Shown here piece after piece: positions 26,334 through 35,567 of a stretch of DNA of 61,730 nucleotides. The notes under the pieces are model-generated. The model did no database searches, was not told the origin of the DNA, and was given only the letters and a program-made list of their open reading frames with translations. How positions within the stretch are numbered: the stretch's first letter is position 1; every line of letters starts with the position of its first letter. Source of the stretch: a virus. Taxonomy: Duplodnaviria > Caudoviricetes. A program made the translations under genes and the position numbers. Location of the stretch: positions 1-61,730 of the IMG/VR virus record IMGVR_UViG_3300042465_001781; one strand, given 5' to 3'.

Positions 26334-26776
26334 CCATCGCACAAACCGCAACGACGAGCTTCAAAGTTGAACTGCTTCAGGCAATTCACAGCTTTGGCCC
26401 TACGTCACCCGACACGTTCAAAATTGCGCTGTACACAGCGGCCTCAAGTGTTGGCCCAACAACGACTGTGTACACAACGACGGCTGAAGTCGTGGGTGCT
26501 GGCTATACGGCTGGCGGCAATACGCTGGTCATCTCCACAAGCCCAACGTCTGGTAACAACAACCTGAGTGTGCCCACGGCGTTCATCAGCTTTGCCAACT
26601 CATCTTGGCCCGGTTCGACATTTACAGCCCGTGGCGCACTGATCTACAACAGCACTGAGGGCAACAAGTCCGTAGCGGTGCTGGATTTCGGTGCAGACAA
26701 GACAGTCAGCAATGACACCTTCCAAGTTATTTTCCCCACTGCCGATGCCACCAGTGCAATCGTGCGAATCAGCTAA
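26330..26776 (+). CDS. Virion structural (tail-associated) protein
   Basis: FKIALYT...GYTAGG...ARGALIYN. Confidence 0.7.
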   Translation: MTIAQTATTSFKVELLQAIHSFGPTSPDTFKIALYTAASSVGPTTTVYTTTAEVVGAGYTAGGNTLVISTSPTSGNNNLSVPTAFISFANSSWPGSTFTARGALIYNSTEGNKSVAVLDFGADKTVSNDTFQVIFPTADATSAIVRIS

Positions 26777-26788
26777 ACAGGAGCTACC

Positions 26789-27361
26789 ATGCCAATCGAA
26801 AACAGCCAAACCCAAGACGCCGTGCAAGCAGGCATGGTCGCTAACAAAACGGCCACGGAGCAAATGGGCGCTGGCGGCGTGTATTCCGTCGAGTGCGTAG
26901 GCGCTGACGGTCAGGTCAAGTGGACCGACACGTTCCACAATCTCGTGATGAACGAGGGCGTGCAGGACATGAACACCAAGTACTTCAAGGGCGCTACGTA
27001 CACTGCGGCGTTCTTTTTGGGTCTTGTCACTGGCCCCGGTTCCGGCACTACGTACGCTGCTGGTAACACCCTAGCAGTTCATGCGGGTTGGGTTGAAAAC
27101 ACTGACTACACTGGTGCTCGCAAGGCCGTTACGTTTGGCACGGCAACTACGGCCAACCCTTCGGTAATTACCAACTCTGCTTCGCCCTCATCGTTTGCTA
27201 TGAACGCCACGGCTACGATTGCTGGTGCCTTCCTGTGTACCGTGGATAGCGGTACATCTGGTATTCTGTTTTCCGCTGGAGACTTCACTGGCGGCGACAA
27301 GTTCGTAGACAGCGGCGACACACTGAACGTCACATACACATTCTCCCTGACTGCTACCTAA
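26789..27361 (+). CDS. Virion structural (tail-associated) protein
   Basis: ORF track; C-terminal GDTLNVTYT. Confidence 0.7.
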   Translation: MPIENSQTQDAVQAGMVANKTATEQMGAGGVYSVECVGADGQVKWTDTFHNLVMNEGVQDMNTKYFKGATYTAAFFLGLVTGPGSGTTYAAGNTLAVHAGWVENTDYTGARKAVTFGTATTANPSVITNSASPSSFAMNATATIAGAFLCTVDSGTSGILFSAGDFTGGDKFVDSGDTLNVTYTFSLTAT

Positions 27362-27372
27362 AAGGCGGCTAG

Positions 27373-28065
27373 GTGTTTGGCTACGCTACATTCGCTAACT
27401 CCCCGTTTGCTGCACTTGGCGCAACGGGGGTTGTGTATAACGTGGCGGTTGATGAGGCAGGCGCTGTTATAGCAAGCTCGGAGTCGGCCAACGCGGTGTT
27501 TTTAGCTTCTCAAGCGGAAGCGGCCTCAACGTCCGGCGTGTTCAACACGCTGAACAACATCTTCAACAATGTGATCTCCGAGGCAGGGTCGGGTTCCTCG
27601 ACGCAGACGGCGCAAGCAGCTTTGGTTACCTTTCTTGCAGAAGTCGCTTCGGCCCAAGCCGCCCAAACAGTCATTGCAACGATGTTGGCAAGCCAAGCAG
27701 AGGGCGTTACGGCACTTGCTACGCCCACGGCAAATTCGGTGCTCCTTGCAGCAATCTTGGAAGCCGCATCGGGAGCGGATGCAAACACGGGTAGCAAGCT
27801 GGTCGTTGCCAGTATTTCTGAAGCGGCGTCTGGCGCGGGCGTGTTTGCTGCAAGCGCGGTGTTTTCCGGAACAGTAGCGGAAGTGGCGTCTGCTGTTGCA
27901 GCCTTTACGGTAGTGCGACAAGCAAATGTGTACCCAACGGGCGTTCAGCTTTATGTCTACATTGGTGGCGTTCTTGTGTGGGCAACCATTGATGACAGTC
28001 AGACGCCAAACTGGCAAAATATAGACGACACGCAGACACCCGGCTGGACCATCCTGCCATCGTAA
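27373..28065 (+). CDS. Ala-rich virion/tail protein
   Basis: Periodic Ala-rich repeats; IDDxQTPxW repeated at the C-terminus. Confidence 0.7.
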   Translation: MFGYATFANSPFAALGATGVVYNVAVDEAGAVIASSESANAVFLASQAEAASTSGVFNTLNNIFNNVISEAGSGSSTQTAQAALVTFLAEVASAQAAQTVIATMLASQAEGVTALATPTANSVLLAAILEAASGADANTGSKLVVASISEAASGAGVFAASAVFSGTVAEVASAVAAFTVVRQANVYPTGVQLYVYIGGVLVWATIDDSQTPNWQNIDDTQTPGWTILPS

Positions 28066-28074
28066 GGAATAAAA

Positions 28075-30219
28075 ATGGCAATCGTTGTAAAAGACCGAGT
28101 AAAAGTCGTATCCACCACCACTGGCACAAGTGACTTTACGCTTGGTAGCGCGTCTCTCGGGTTCCAGTCCTTCGCAGTCATTGGCGACGGTAACGAGACG
28201 TATTACGCGGCTGTTGACCCAATTACGGGCGACTTTGAAGTAGGCATCGGCACGTACACCACCGCAGGCCCGACGCTCACACGCACCACAATTCTTGAGT
28301 CCAGCGCAGCAGGCGCAAAGGTCTCGTTTGGCTCCGGCTCCAAGGACGTGTTTGTAACGTACCCAGCAGAGCGTTCGGTGTACTTGGACACTGCGGGTGC
28401 GTACCCCGTTCAGAGTACGTTTAATGCGCTAACCGCCGCATCCATTGGGCTGACAACAGGCACAATTTCTACTCAACCCGGCGCTGGAACAGACATCGCC
28501 AACAAAACCTACGTGGATACCGTTGCAGCGCAGAGCCTGACATACCACGCTCCCGTGTTTGTAGAGTCACCGAGTACTGTGGGTAACCTGAATGCCACGT
28601 ACAACCAGCCCGGCGGCGCTACTGTGGGTGTCGGTGCAACTCTGACCAATAACGGGACAAAAGCTGCGTTGGTAATCGACAACGTGCTGATGACAACCAC
28701 CAAGCGGGTACTGATCTACAACCAGACCAATGCGTTTGAGAATGGCGTTTACACGGTCACCACGGTGGGTACACCTGACCCCGGCGGCACTAACTGGGTG
28801 CTGACTCGCGCAACGGATGCAGATACCTACGCCCCGGCTGACCCTGATGCGCTTGGTCAAGGTGATGCGTTTTTTGTCACCGCTGGTGACACGGGGGCGG
28901 GTGAGCTTTACGCTTGCAATACAGTTGGAACCATTACCTTTGGCACAACGGCGATTACGTTTGTGCAGATCAGCGCTTCGATCCCATACCTTGCTGGCAC
29001 GGGCCTGAACCTAAACCCAGCCACGACGTTCAACATCTCCAATGTGGGTACAGCGGGCACTTACGGATCATCATCTAACGTCCCTGTCTTTGTCACCAAC
29101 GCGCAGGGTCAGGTAACCAGCGTCACGAACACAGGCATCGCCATCACATCGTCAGCAGTCTCCGGTCTGGCTGCATCGGCTACAACGGACACGACCAACG
29201 CATCGAATATTTCCAACGGGACCCTTCCAGTCGCTAGGCTTTCCGGCTCCTACACAGGCATTACCGGGGTTGGCGCATTGGCAGCAGGATCGTTGGCTTC
29301 TGGCTTTACCGCAGTCTCAGCCCCACTGGGCGGCACGGGTTTTTCGTCTTACGCTGTTGGCGACCTGATTTACGCAGACACCACGACTTCTTTTGCCAAG
29401 CTGGCCGACGTAGCTGTCGGTAACGCCCTAATCTCTGGTGGTGTTGGTTCGGCCCCAAGCTACGGCAAGATTGGTCTGGCGACTCATGTTAGCGGCACCC
29501 TGCCCGTAGCTAACGGCGGTACAGGGGTTACGTCTTCAACCGGCTCAGGTTCTAACGTACTGTCCGACAGCCCAACTTTAGTGACTCCTGCGCTGGGCAC
29601 GCCGTCAGCTTTGGTCGGCACAAACATCACGGGTACAGCCACAGCCTTCACGGCCAGCAACGTCACCACAAATGCCAACTTGACCGGCGATGTCACTTCG
29701 GTTGGGAACGCCACGACACTGGCAACCGTCAACTCAAACGTCGGCTCATTTACAAGTGCAAGCATAACCGTCAATGCCAAAGGCTTGATTACCGCCGCCT
29801 CTAGCGGCGCAGGCGCGTCCCCCGGCGGTTCAACAACACAGGTTCAGTACAACAACGCAGGTGTTTTTGCAGGCTCTGCCAACTTGACGTTCAACGGCAC
29901 TAACCTGACTTGCGGCGGTACTGTAACGGCCAACTCGGATGAGCGCCTCAAAACCAACTGGCGCGACCTGCCGGAAGATTTTGTAGCCCAACTGGCGGGA
30001 GTCAAACACGGTGTTTATGACCGTACCGACATCGAAGCAACTCAAGTTGGCGTTTCGGCACAGTCGCTGCAAACCTTGTTGGAGCAGGCTGTTTTGACCG
30101 ACGCGGATGGCACTCTGTCTGTAGCCTATGGCAATGCAGCGCTTGTTGCCTGCATTCAGCTAGCCCAGAAAGTTGTCGCGCTAGAGCAAACCGTGGCAAA
30201 ATTGACCAAAGGCACATAA
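28075..30219 (+). CDS. Tail fibre with C-terminal intramolecular chaperone (peptidase S74-like)
   Basis: GGTG repeats, TVNAKG modules, SDERLK...GVSAQ...V.Y and terminal coiled coil. Confidence 0.85.
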   Translation: MAIVVKDRVKVVSTTTGTSDFTLGSASLGFQSFAVIGDGNETYYAAVDPITGDFEVGIGTYTTAGPTLTRTTILESSAAGAKVSFGSGSKDVFVTYPAERSVYLDTAGAYPVQSTFNALTAASIGLTTGTISTQPGAGTDIANKTYVDTVAAQSLTYHAPVFVESPSTVGNLNATYNQPGGATVGVGATLTNNGTKAALVIDNVLMTTTKRVLIYNQTNAFENGVYTVTTVGTPDPGGTNWVLTRATDADTYAPADPDALGQGDAFFVTAGDTGAGELYACNTVGTITFGTTAITFVQISASIPYLAGTGLNLNPATTFNISNVGTAGTYGSSSNVPVFVTNAQGQVTSVTNTGIAITSSAVSGLAASATTDTTNASNISNGTLPVARLSGSYTGITGVGALAAGSLASGFTAVSAPLGGTGFSSYAVGDLIYADTTTSFAKLADVAVGNALISGGVGSAPSYGKIGLATHVSGTLPVANGGTGVTSSTGSGSNVLSDSPTLVTPALGTPSALVGTNITGTATAFTASNVTTNANLTGDVTSVGNATTLATVNSNVGSFTSASITVNAKGLITAASSGAGASPGGSTTQVQYNNAGVFAGSANLTFNGTNLTCGGTVTANSDERLKTNWRDLPEDFVAQLAGVKHGVYDRTDIEATQVGVSAQSLQTLLEQAVLTDADGTLSVAYGNAALVACIQLAQKVVALEQTVAKLTKGT

Positions 30220-30220
30220 C

Positions 30221-31024
30221 ATGGCAAGCACATTCTCCCCCGATCTTCGGATCGAACTCATTGGCGCTGGCGACCAAGCCGGTACGTGGGGAACTACGAC
30301 CAATACCAACCTCGGCACGCTAATCGAAGACGCGATTTCGGGCTACGTTACGGTGTCCGTTACCTCGGCCAACCAAGCATTCACTGCACTGGACGGGGCC
30401 GCTGACCAAGCTCGGAACGCCACTATTGCACTGACTACCACTACCGGCGCAAACTTTGCTATATACGCCCCACCAGCGTCCAAACAGTACGTCATCTACA
30501 ACACCACTGCCTACACAGCTACGGTCTACAACTCTACTGTGCTGGGCAACACGACGGCAGCGGGTCTGGGAGTTGCAGTGGCGGCAGGCACAAAAGTAGC
30601 AATGTTCAGTAACGGGACTAATTTCCGCTCTGTTGATGCTGCGAGCTTTTCCGGCGTTCTTCCAGTTGTCAACGGAGGCACCGGAATCACAACCTCCACA
30701 GGCACAGGCTCCGTAGTCCTGAGTACAAGCCCCACGTTGGTAACTCCCGCTTTGGGAACACCATCGGCTCTAGTCGGCACAAACATCACAGGCACAGCGG
30801 CGGGCTTGAGCATTGGCGGAAACGCAGCTACGGCCACACTGGCTACGAACGCTACGAACGCCACCACGGCAGCGGCGGCAACTACGTTGGTTACGGCAGG
30901 GTTTTCAATCGTAGAATCTGGCGGTAAGTTACTGTTTAAGTATGGCGCAACAACTATTGCGTCCATGAGTTCGGCTGGAGTTATTACTGCTATCAGCGAT
31001 ATTGAAGCTGGCGGCACACCTTAA
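30221..31024 (+). CDS. Tail fibre-like protein
   Basis: GTWGTTTNTN N-terminus; shares a segment of about 50 aa with the preceding fibre. Confidence 0.75.
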   Translation: MASTFSPDLRIELIGAGDQAGTWGTTTNTNLGTLIEDAISGYVTVSVTSANQAFTALDGAADQARNATIALTTTTGANFAIYAPPASKQYVIYNTTAYTATVYNSTVLGNTTAAGLGVAVAAGTKVAMFSNGTNFRSVDAASFSGVLPVVNGGTGITTSTGTGSVVLSTSPTLVTPALGTPSALVGTNITGTAAGLSIGGNAATATLATNATNATTAAAATTLVTAGFSIVESGGKLLFKYGATTIASMSSAGVITAISDIEAGGTP

Positions 31025-31033
31025 AGGAAAAAT

Positions 31034-31444
31034 ATGTCAACACTTACTACAGCGGGTATTACTTTTGGGGATGCCACAAATCAAACTACAGCGGCGACGG
31101 CAGCGGCTTTGGTAACTACAACCAATGTGCTTAATGCTACTGCGGGAGCTTCAACGGGAGCGGTTGGCACTTATGCCTTTCTTGGGAATAACTCTAATGC
31201 CTCGGTAAGTGCCGGGTCTACATATGCCGGGTCTGGTTTACGCTATGCAGCTTTGCAGCGCAGCAGTGGGTGTGCTGGTAGATCAATTTGGAGCTATACC
31301 GGCGGCGTTTCGGTTGGAAGTGTACAACCGTCAGTACCAGCAGCGCCAGCGGGAACGTGGCGAGCGATGGGGTATGGCGGTGGGGGTAGTCTGGGATGCT
31401 GTCAAAACTATGCCCCTGCCACTTTATTTCTTCGTATTTCTTAA
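31034..31444 (+). CDS. Fibre tip / receptor-binding-like protein
   Basis: VGTYAFL...GTWRAMG...LFLRIS pattern. Confidence 0.6.
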   Translation: MSTLTTAGITFGDATNQTTAATAAALVTTTNVLNATAGASTGAVGTYAFLGNNSNASVSAGSTYAGSGLRYAALQRSSGCAGRSIWSYTGGVSVGSVQPSVPAAPAGTWRAMGYGGGGSLGCCQNYAPATLFLRIS

Positions 31445-31453
31445 GGATTTATT

Positions 31454-31714
31454 GTGCAATCAACTCTCACATCCCTAACAAGCCCAGTTTGGTCAAACGC
31501 AGAACATACTGCAATTGACTGTTTGATTACAACATCACAGTTTGGCAATGAAATATTGCCGTTTACTGCTGACCAAAATGATATTGAGCCACATGGCCGC
31601 GCAATCTTTGCCGATATTGTTGCCGGTGCTTACGGTGCGATTGGTGAGTATGTTGCTCCACCAGAGCCAGTTATCCAAGAGCAACCGACAACCACAGGTT
31701 CGCAAACGCTATGA
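31454..31714 (+). CDS. Tail fibre assembly-like protein
   Basis: PFTA...D.EPHGRAIF...GAYGAI pattern. Confidence 0.65.
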   Translation: MQSTLTSLTSPVWSNAEHTAIDCLITTSQFGNEILPFTADQNDIEPHGRAIFADIVAGAYGAIGEYVAPPEPVIQEQPTTTGSQTL

Positions 31715-31989
31715 CACCCGCTGCACCCAAACACATGGTTACCTATGACGGCGCGTCATTGAATATATTCCACTGCGATAAAGGTCAAGGCTTGCCGCGC
31801 CATGAGCATGTTTACTCGCACCTTACCATGTGCCATGCGGGTAGCTGCACTGTCCGTAAGGAAGGCCGTGAGCTTGTAATGACGAAAGACACGCAGCCTG
31901 TAAACCTGACGGCAAACGAGTGGCATGAGATCGAGGCGTTGGAAGACGGCACCGTGTTTGTCAATGTGTTTGCAGAAGGCAAGGCATAA
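31711..31989 (+). CDS. Cupin-domain protein
   Basis: HEH..H..GS...HEIEALED cupin motifs. Confidence 0.75.
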   Translation: MTPAAPKHMVTYDGASLNIFHCDKGQGLPRHEHVYSHLTMCHAGSCTVRKEGRELVMTKDTQPVNLTANEWHEIEALEDGTVFVNVFAEGKA

Positions 31990-31994
31990 CGTGC

Positions 31995-32123
31995 ATGGAC
32001 GCCCTGCCACCCCCACCTCCGGCAGTGCAAGCTCCCGCGCCAGTATTTGAGTGCGTGAGGTGGAGTTGGTCGTCTGATCGTTTGCTGGTCTGGTGTTTGC
32101 AGTGGCGGGAAAGAAAGAAGTGA
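31995..32123 (+). CDS. Small Pro/Trp/Cys-rich protein (MDALPPPPP...CVRWSW...WCLQW), 42 aa
   Basis: Translated by hand; fills the gap; GTGA overlap with the next gene. Confidence 0.55.
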   Translation: MDALPPPPPAVQAPAPVFECVRWSWSSDRLLVWCLQWRERKK

Positions 32124-32608
32124 TTGATCCCTTCACCGCGCTTGCGGCAATCCAGACAGCAGTAAAGCTCGTCAAGACCGCAGCGCAAACGGTCAAGGAT
32201 GTGGAGTCGCTCGGGCCGGTACTGGGTAAGTTCTTCAGCGCCAAGTCGGACGCCATCAAGGTTGTTCAGCAGTCAAAGACCAGCGGCTTCAAGGGTTCGG
32301 CAATGGGTAAAGCCATTGAGTTGGAGCTTGCCATCGAGTCCGCTCGTGCCTTTGAGGAAGAGATAAAAATGCTCTTTTTCCAGAGCAACAAGATGGACGT
32401 GTGGGCCAAGATTCTGGCCCGTGCTGCAAGTATTGACAAAGAAGCAGCGCATGACGCAAGGCGGCAGCGCGAAGCTGCGGCCCGCCACAAGAAAGAAATG
32501 GACGAGATCATTACTCTTGTCCTGATGTTCGTGGTTCTGGCGCTGGTCTGCGGCGGTGTCGGCTGGATCATCTACAAAGCTGTGCAAGAGTGCGGCGGCA
32601 AATGTTAA
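32120..32608 (+). CDS. Membrane-anchored coiled-coil protein (MIDPFTALAA...)
   Basis: ORF track trimmed; C-terminal transmembrane helix. Confidence 0.7.
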   Translation: MIDPFTALAAIQTAVKLVKTAAQTVKDVESLGPVLGKFFSAKSDAIKVVQQSKTSGFKGSAMGKAIELELAIESARAFEEEIKMLFFQSNKMDVWAKILARAASIDKEAAHDARRQREAAARHKKEMDEIITLVLMFVVLALVCGGVGWIIYKAVQECGGKC

Positions 32609-32619
32609 AAAGGTAAATT

Positions 32620-33114
32620 ATGGATACCCTCCTTGCTCTACTCAAAGGCGCAGCCCCAATGCTGGCTACCGTTGTGGCTGGCCCACTGGGTGGTAAGGCC
32701 GTTTCAATGCTGGCGGAAAAGTTCGGCGTTGAAGATACTGTTGCTGCGGTGGCTGAGGCCATTGCGGGTGACCCACAAGCCGCCCAAAAGCTGGCTGAGA
32801 TCGACCTGAAACAATTTGAAGCCGAGGCCGCAGACCGCGACAGCGCTCGTGATCGTGAAGTCGGCATGGCGGCAGCTAATGCAACCCCGTTGGCCCAGTT
32901 GGTTGTCCCGATCTTGGCCCTCGGCACGGTTGCCATGACGTTTATGTTTATCGCTGCCCTGCTGTTCTTGGAGATCAAGACCGAGCAGCAGCAACTCATC
33001 ATCTTTGCGCTGGGCTACGCCACCGCTGCCGCACAGCAGGTTCTGTCCTACTACTTCGGCTCCAGCAAGTCCAGCCAAGACAAAACCGCAGCCATGACGA
33101 AAGCAAGTAAATGA
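32620..33114 (+). CDS. Putative holin (3TM-type)
   Basis: DRDSARDRE, two C-terminal transmembrane helices, YYFGSS; directly before the endolysin. Confidence 0.75.
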   Translation: MDTLLALLKGAAPMLATVVAGPLGGKAVSMLAEKFGVEDTVAAVAEAIAGDPQAAQKLAEIDLKQFEAEAADRDSARDREVGMAAANATPLAQLVVPILALGTVAMTFMFIAALLFLEIKTEQQQLIIFALGYATAAAQQVLSYYFGSSKSSQDKTAAMTKASK

Positions 33115-33623
33115 AAGAGAACTTCCCCGCAGCCCTGCAAGCCCTGTTGAAACACGAGGGCGGCTACGTTAATCACCCCAGCGATCCGGGCGGCATGACC
33201 AACCTCGGCGTTACCAAGCGCGTCTGGGAGGAGTGGGTCGGCCACGAGGTAGACGAAAAGCAGATGCGTGCGCTTACCCCTGAGCTTGTTGCCCCCTTGT
33301 ACAAGAAGAAGTACTGGGATAAGGTCTGCGGTGACGAGTTACCAACAGGTTTGGACTTGGCTGTGTTTGATCTGGCCGTTAACTCAGGTCCGGGCCGCGC
33401 TGCCAAGATGCTGCAAAAGATACTGGGCGTGACCCAAGATGGCGCTATCGGCCCGCAAACCATTGCCAAAGCACTAAATGTTGATAGCAGTAAACTCATA
33501 GCCGACTACAATGCTGAGAGGCTGGCGTTCTTGCAAGCCCTACCCACATGGGGCACCTTCGGCAAGGGTTGGGGTCGCCGCGTTGCTGAAGTTACTGAGC
33601 AAGCCACCCACATGACCGCGTAA
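33111..33623 (+). CDS. Endolysin, glycoside hydrolase family 108 with peptidoglycan-binding domain
   Basis: HEGGYVNHPSDPGGMTNLGVT, FD.AVNSG, FGKGW.RR. Confidence 0.92.
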   Translation: MKENFPAALQALLKHEGGYVNHPSDPGGMTNLGVTKRVWEEWVGHEVDEKQMRALTPELVAPLYKKKYWDKVCGDELPTGLDLAVFDLAVNSGPGRAAKMLQKILGVTQDGAIGPQTIAKALNVDSSKLIADYNAERLAFLQALPTWGTFGKGWGRRVAEVTEQATHMTA

Positions 33624-33632
33624 GGAGCCAAC

Positions 33633-35564
33633 GTGCCTCTACAAAAACTCCAGTTCCGCCCCGGTATCAACCGAGAATCCACCACGCTTGCCAATGAGGG
33701 CGGCTGGTTTGAGAGCGACAAGATTCGTTTTCGTTCGGGTTCGGCTGAAAAGATTGGCGGCTGGGTTCAGGACGTGGGCCGTTCAAACGCTGCGCTACAA
33801 CCGCCAACAGGCTCATTCTGGGGAGTCTGCCGCGCATTGTGGAATTGGATTACGCTGTCCAGCTACAACTTGCTAGGTGTTGGCACCAACCTCAAATACT
33901 ACATCCAGAACGGCACGGGCGGTTTCTTTTACGACATCACGCCGATTAGAGCTACCACCGCCGCTGGCGATGTAACTTTTGCAGCCACCAACGGCTCTAC
34001 GACCTTGACGGTTACCGACACCGCGCATGGAGCGCAGGCTGGGGATTTTGTAACGTACAGCGGCGCGGTCAGCTTGGGCGGGGTCATCACGGCCACTATC
34101 CTCAACGCCGAGTTCCAAGTCGTTTCAGTTACCAGCACGAGTATCTACACCGTCACTTCCAGCGTAGCAGCAAATGCTTCGGACGTGGGCAATGGCGGCG
34201 CTGCTGTGGTTGGCGCGTATCAAATCACGACAGGCTCCGACGTTAATACAGTCAGCGTTGGTTGGGGTTCTGGGGGTTGGAGCGGCGTCACAACCGGATA
34301 CACATCTACGGGCTGGGGTTCTCCGTCTTCTGCGGGTCTGGGTCTTGGTGTGCAGCTTCGGCTCTGGAGTCAGGCCAACTACGGGCAGAATTTGATCTTC
34401 AACCCCCGTGGTGGCGCTTTATATTACTGGGCTGTTAATGCCAACCCCAACATATTTGATCGAGGCGTGCAGATTACGGCCGCAGACGCGCCTACGGTGT
34501 GCAACTTCGTCATGGTGTCGGATGCTTCCCGCTTTGTGCTTTCGTTTGGCGTAAATGACTACGGCTCTGCCGTACAAAATCCTATGCTTGTGCGCTGGTC
34601 AGATCAGGAAGACTACACAAGCTGGACCCCCGCAATTACCAATCAGGCAGGTAGCTACCAACTGAGCCACGGTTCAACTGTTGTTACAGCATCACAGGCG
34701 CGGCAAGAAATTCTGGTGTGGACTGACTCGGCCCTGTATTCAATGCAGTACCTCGGCCCCCCGTTTGTCTGGGGCTTTCAGATTCTTGCGGACAACCTGT
34801 CAATTGCCAGTCCTAACGCAGTGGCTACAGCCAACAACATCACCTACTGGATGGGTGTGGATAAGTTTTACGTGTACTCTGGCCGCGTTGAAACGCTTCC
34901 TTGTACTCTGCGCTCGTTTGTCTACAACGACATTAATATGTCTCAGGCAGCGCAGTTCTTTGCCGGGACCAACGAGGGTTTTAATGAGGTCTGGTGGTAC
35001 TACTGCTCGGCCAACTCCACCACCATCGACAGGTATGTGGTGTACAACTACCTTGAGCGCATCTGGTACTACGGCACGCTTAACCGCACAGCTTGGCTAG
35101 ACAGCGCCCTGCGCGTGGAGCCTATGGCAACTACTTACGGCAACCAGCTTGTGTACCACGAGACTGGCGTAGACGACGGCACAACCAACCCACCTTCGCC
35201 TATTACTGCGTATGTGCAGTCTTCCGACTTTGACATCGGGGACGGCCACAACTTTGGCTTTGTCTGGCGGATCATCCCGGACGTGACCTTTGACGGTTCC
35301 ACGGTAAATGCCCCCGCGCTGGACTTCACGGTTCGGCCACGGCAATTCCCCGGCTCCAACTACGGCACTTCAAACAACCCCGCCGTTACAAGCGCCCAGT
35401 CTTATGCTGGTCAGCGTACGTACAACGTACAGCAGTTTACCGAACAGGTCTATGTTCGGATTCGGGGTCGTCAGATGGCGTTCAAAGTTGGCTCCGCGGC
35501 GCTGGGTACGGCGTGGCAGTTGGGTGTCCCCCGAATTGAAGTGCGTCCGGACGGCAGGAAGTAA
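33633..35564 (+). CDS. Putative tail nozzle / DNA-stabilisation protein (tail tubular B / P22 gp10-like)
   Basis: 643 aa, beta-rich, VRWSDQE motif; precedes the ejection proteins. Confidence 0.7.
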   Translation: MPLQKLQFRPGINRESTTLANEGGWFESDKIRFRSGSAEKIGGWVQDVGRSNAALQPPTGSFWGVCRALWNWITLSSYNLLGVGTNLKYYIQNGTGGFFYDITPIRATTAAGDVTFAATNGSTTLTVTDTAHGAQAGDFVTYSGAVSLGGVITATILNAEFQVVSVTSTSIYTVTSSVAANASDVGNGGAAVVGAYQITTGSDVNTVSVGWGSGGWSGVTTGYTSTGWGSPSSAGLGLGVQLRLWSQANYGQNLIFNPRGGALYYWAVNANPNIFDRGVQITAADAPTVCNFVMVSDASRFVLSFGVNDYGSAVQNPMLVRWSDQEDYTSWTPAITNQAGSYQLSHGSTVVTASQARQEILVWTDSALYSMQYLGPPFVWGFQILADNLSIASPNAVATANNITYWMGVDKFYVYSGRVETLPCTLRSFVYNDINMSQAAQFFAGTNEGFNEVWWYYCSANSTTIDRYVVYNYLERIWYYGTLNRTAWLDSALRVEPMATTYGNQLVYHETGVDDGTTNPPSPITAYVQSSDFDIGDGHNFGFVWRIIPDVTFDGSTVNAPALDFTVRPRQFPGSNYGTSNNPAVTSAQSYAGQRTYNVQQFTEQVYVRIRGRQMAFKVGSAALGTAWQLGVPRIEVRPDGRK

Positions 35565-35567
35565 GCA

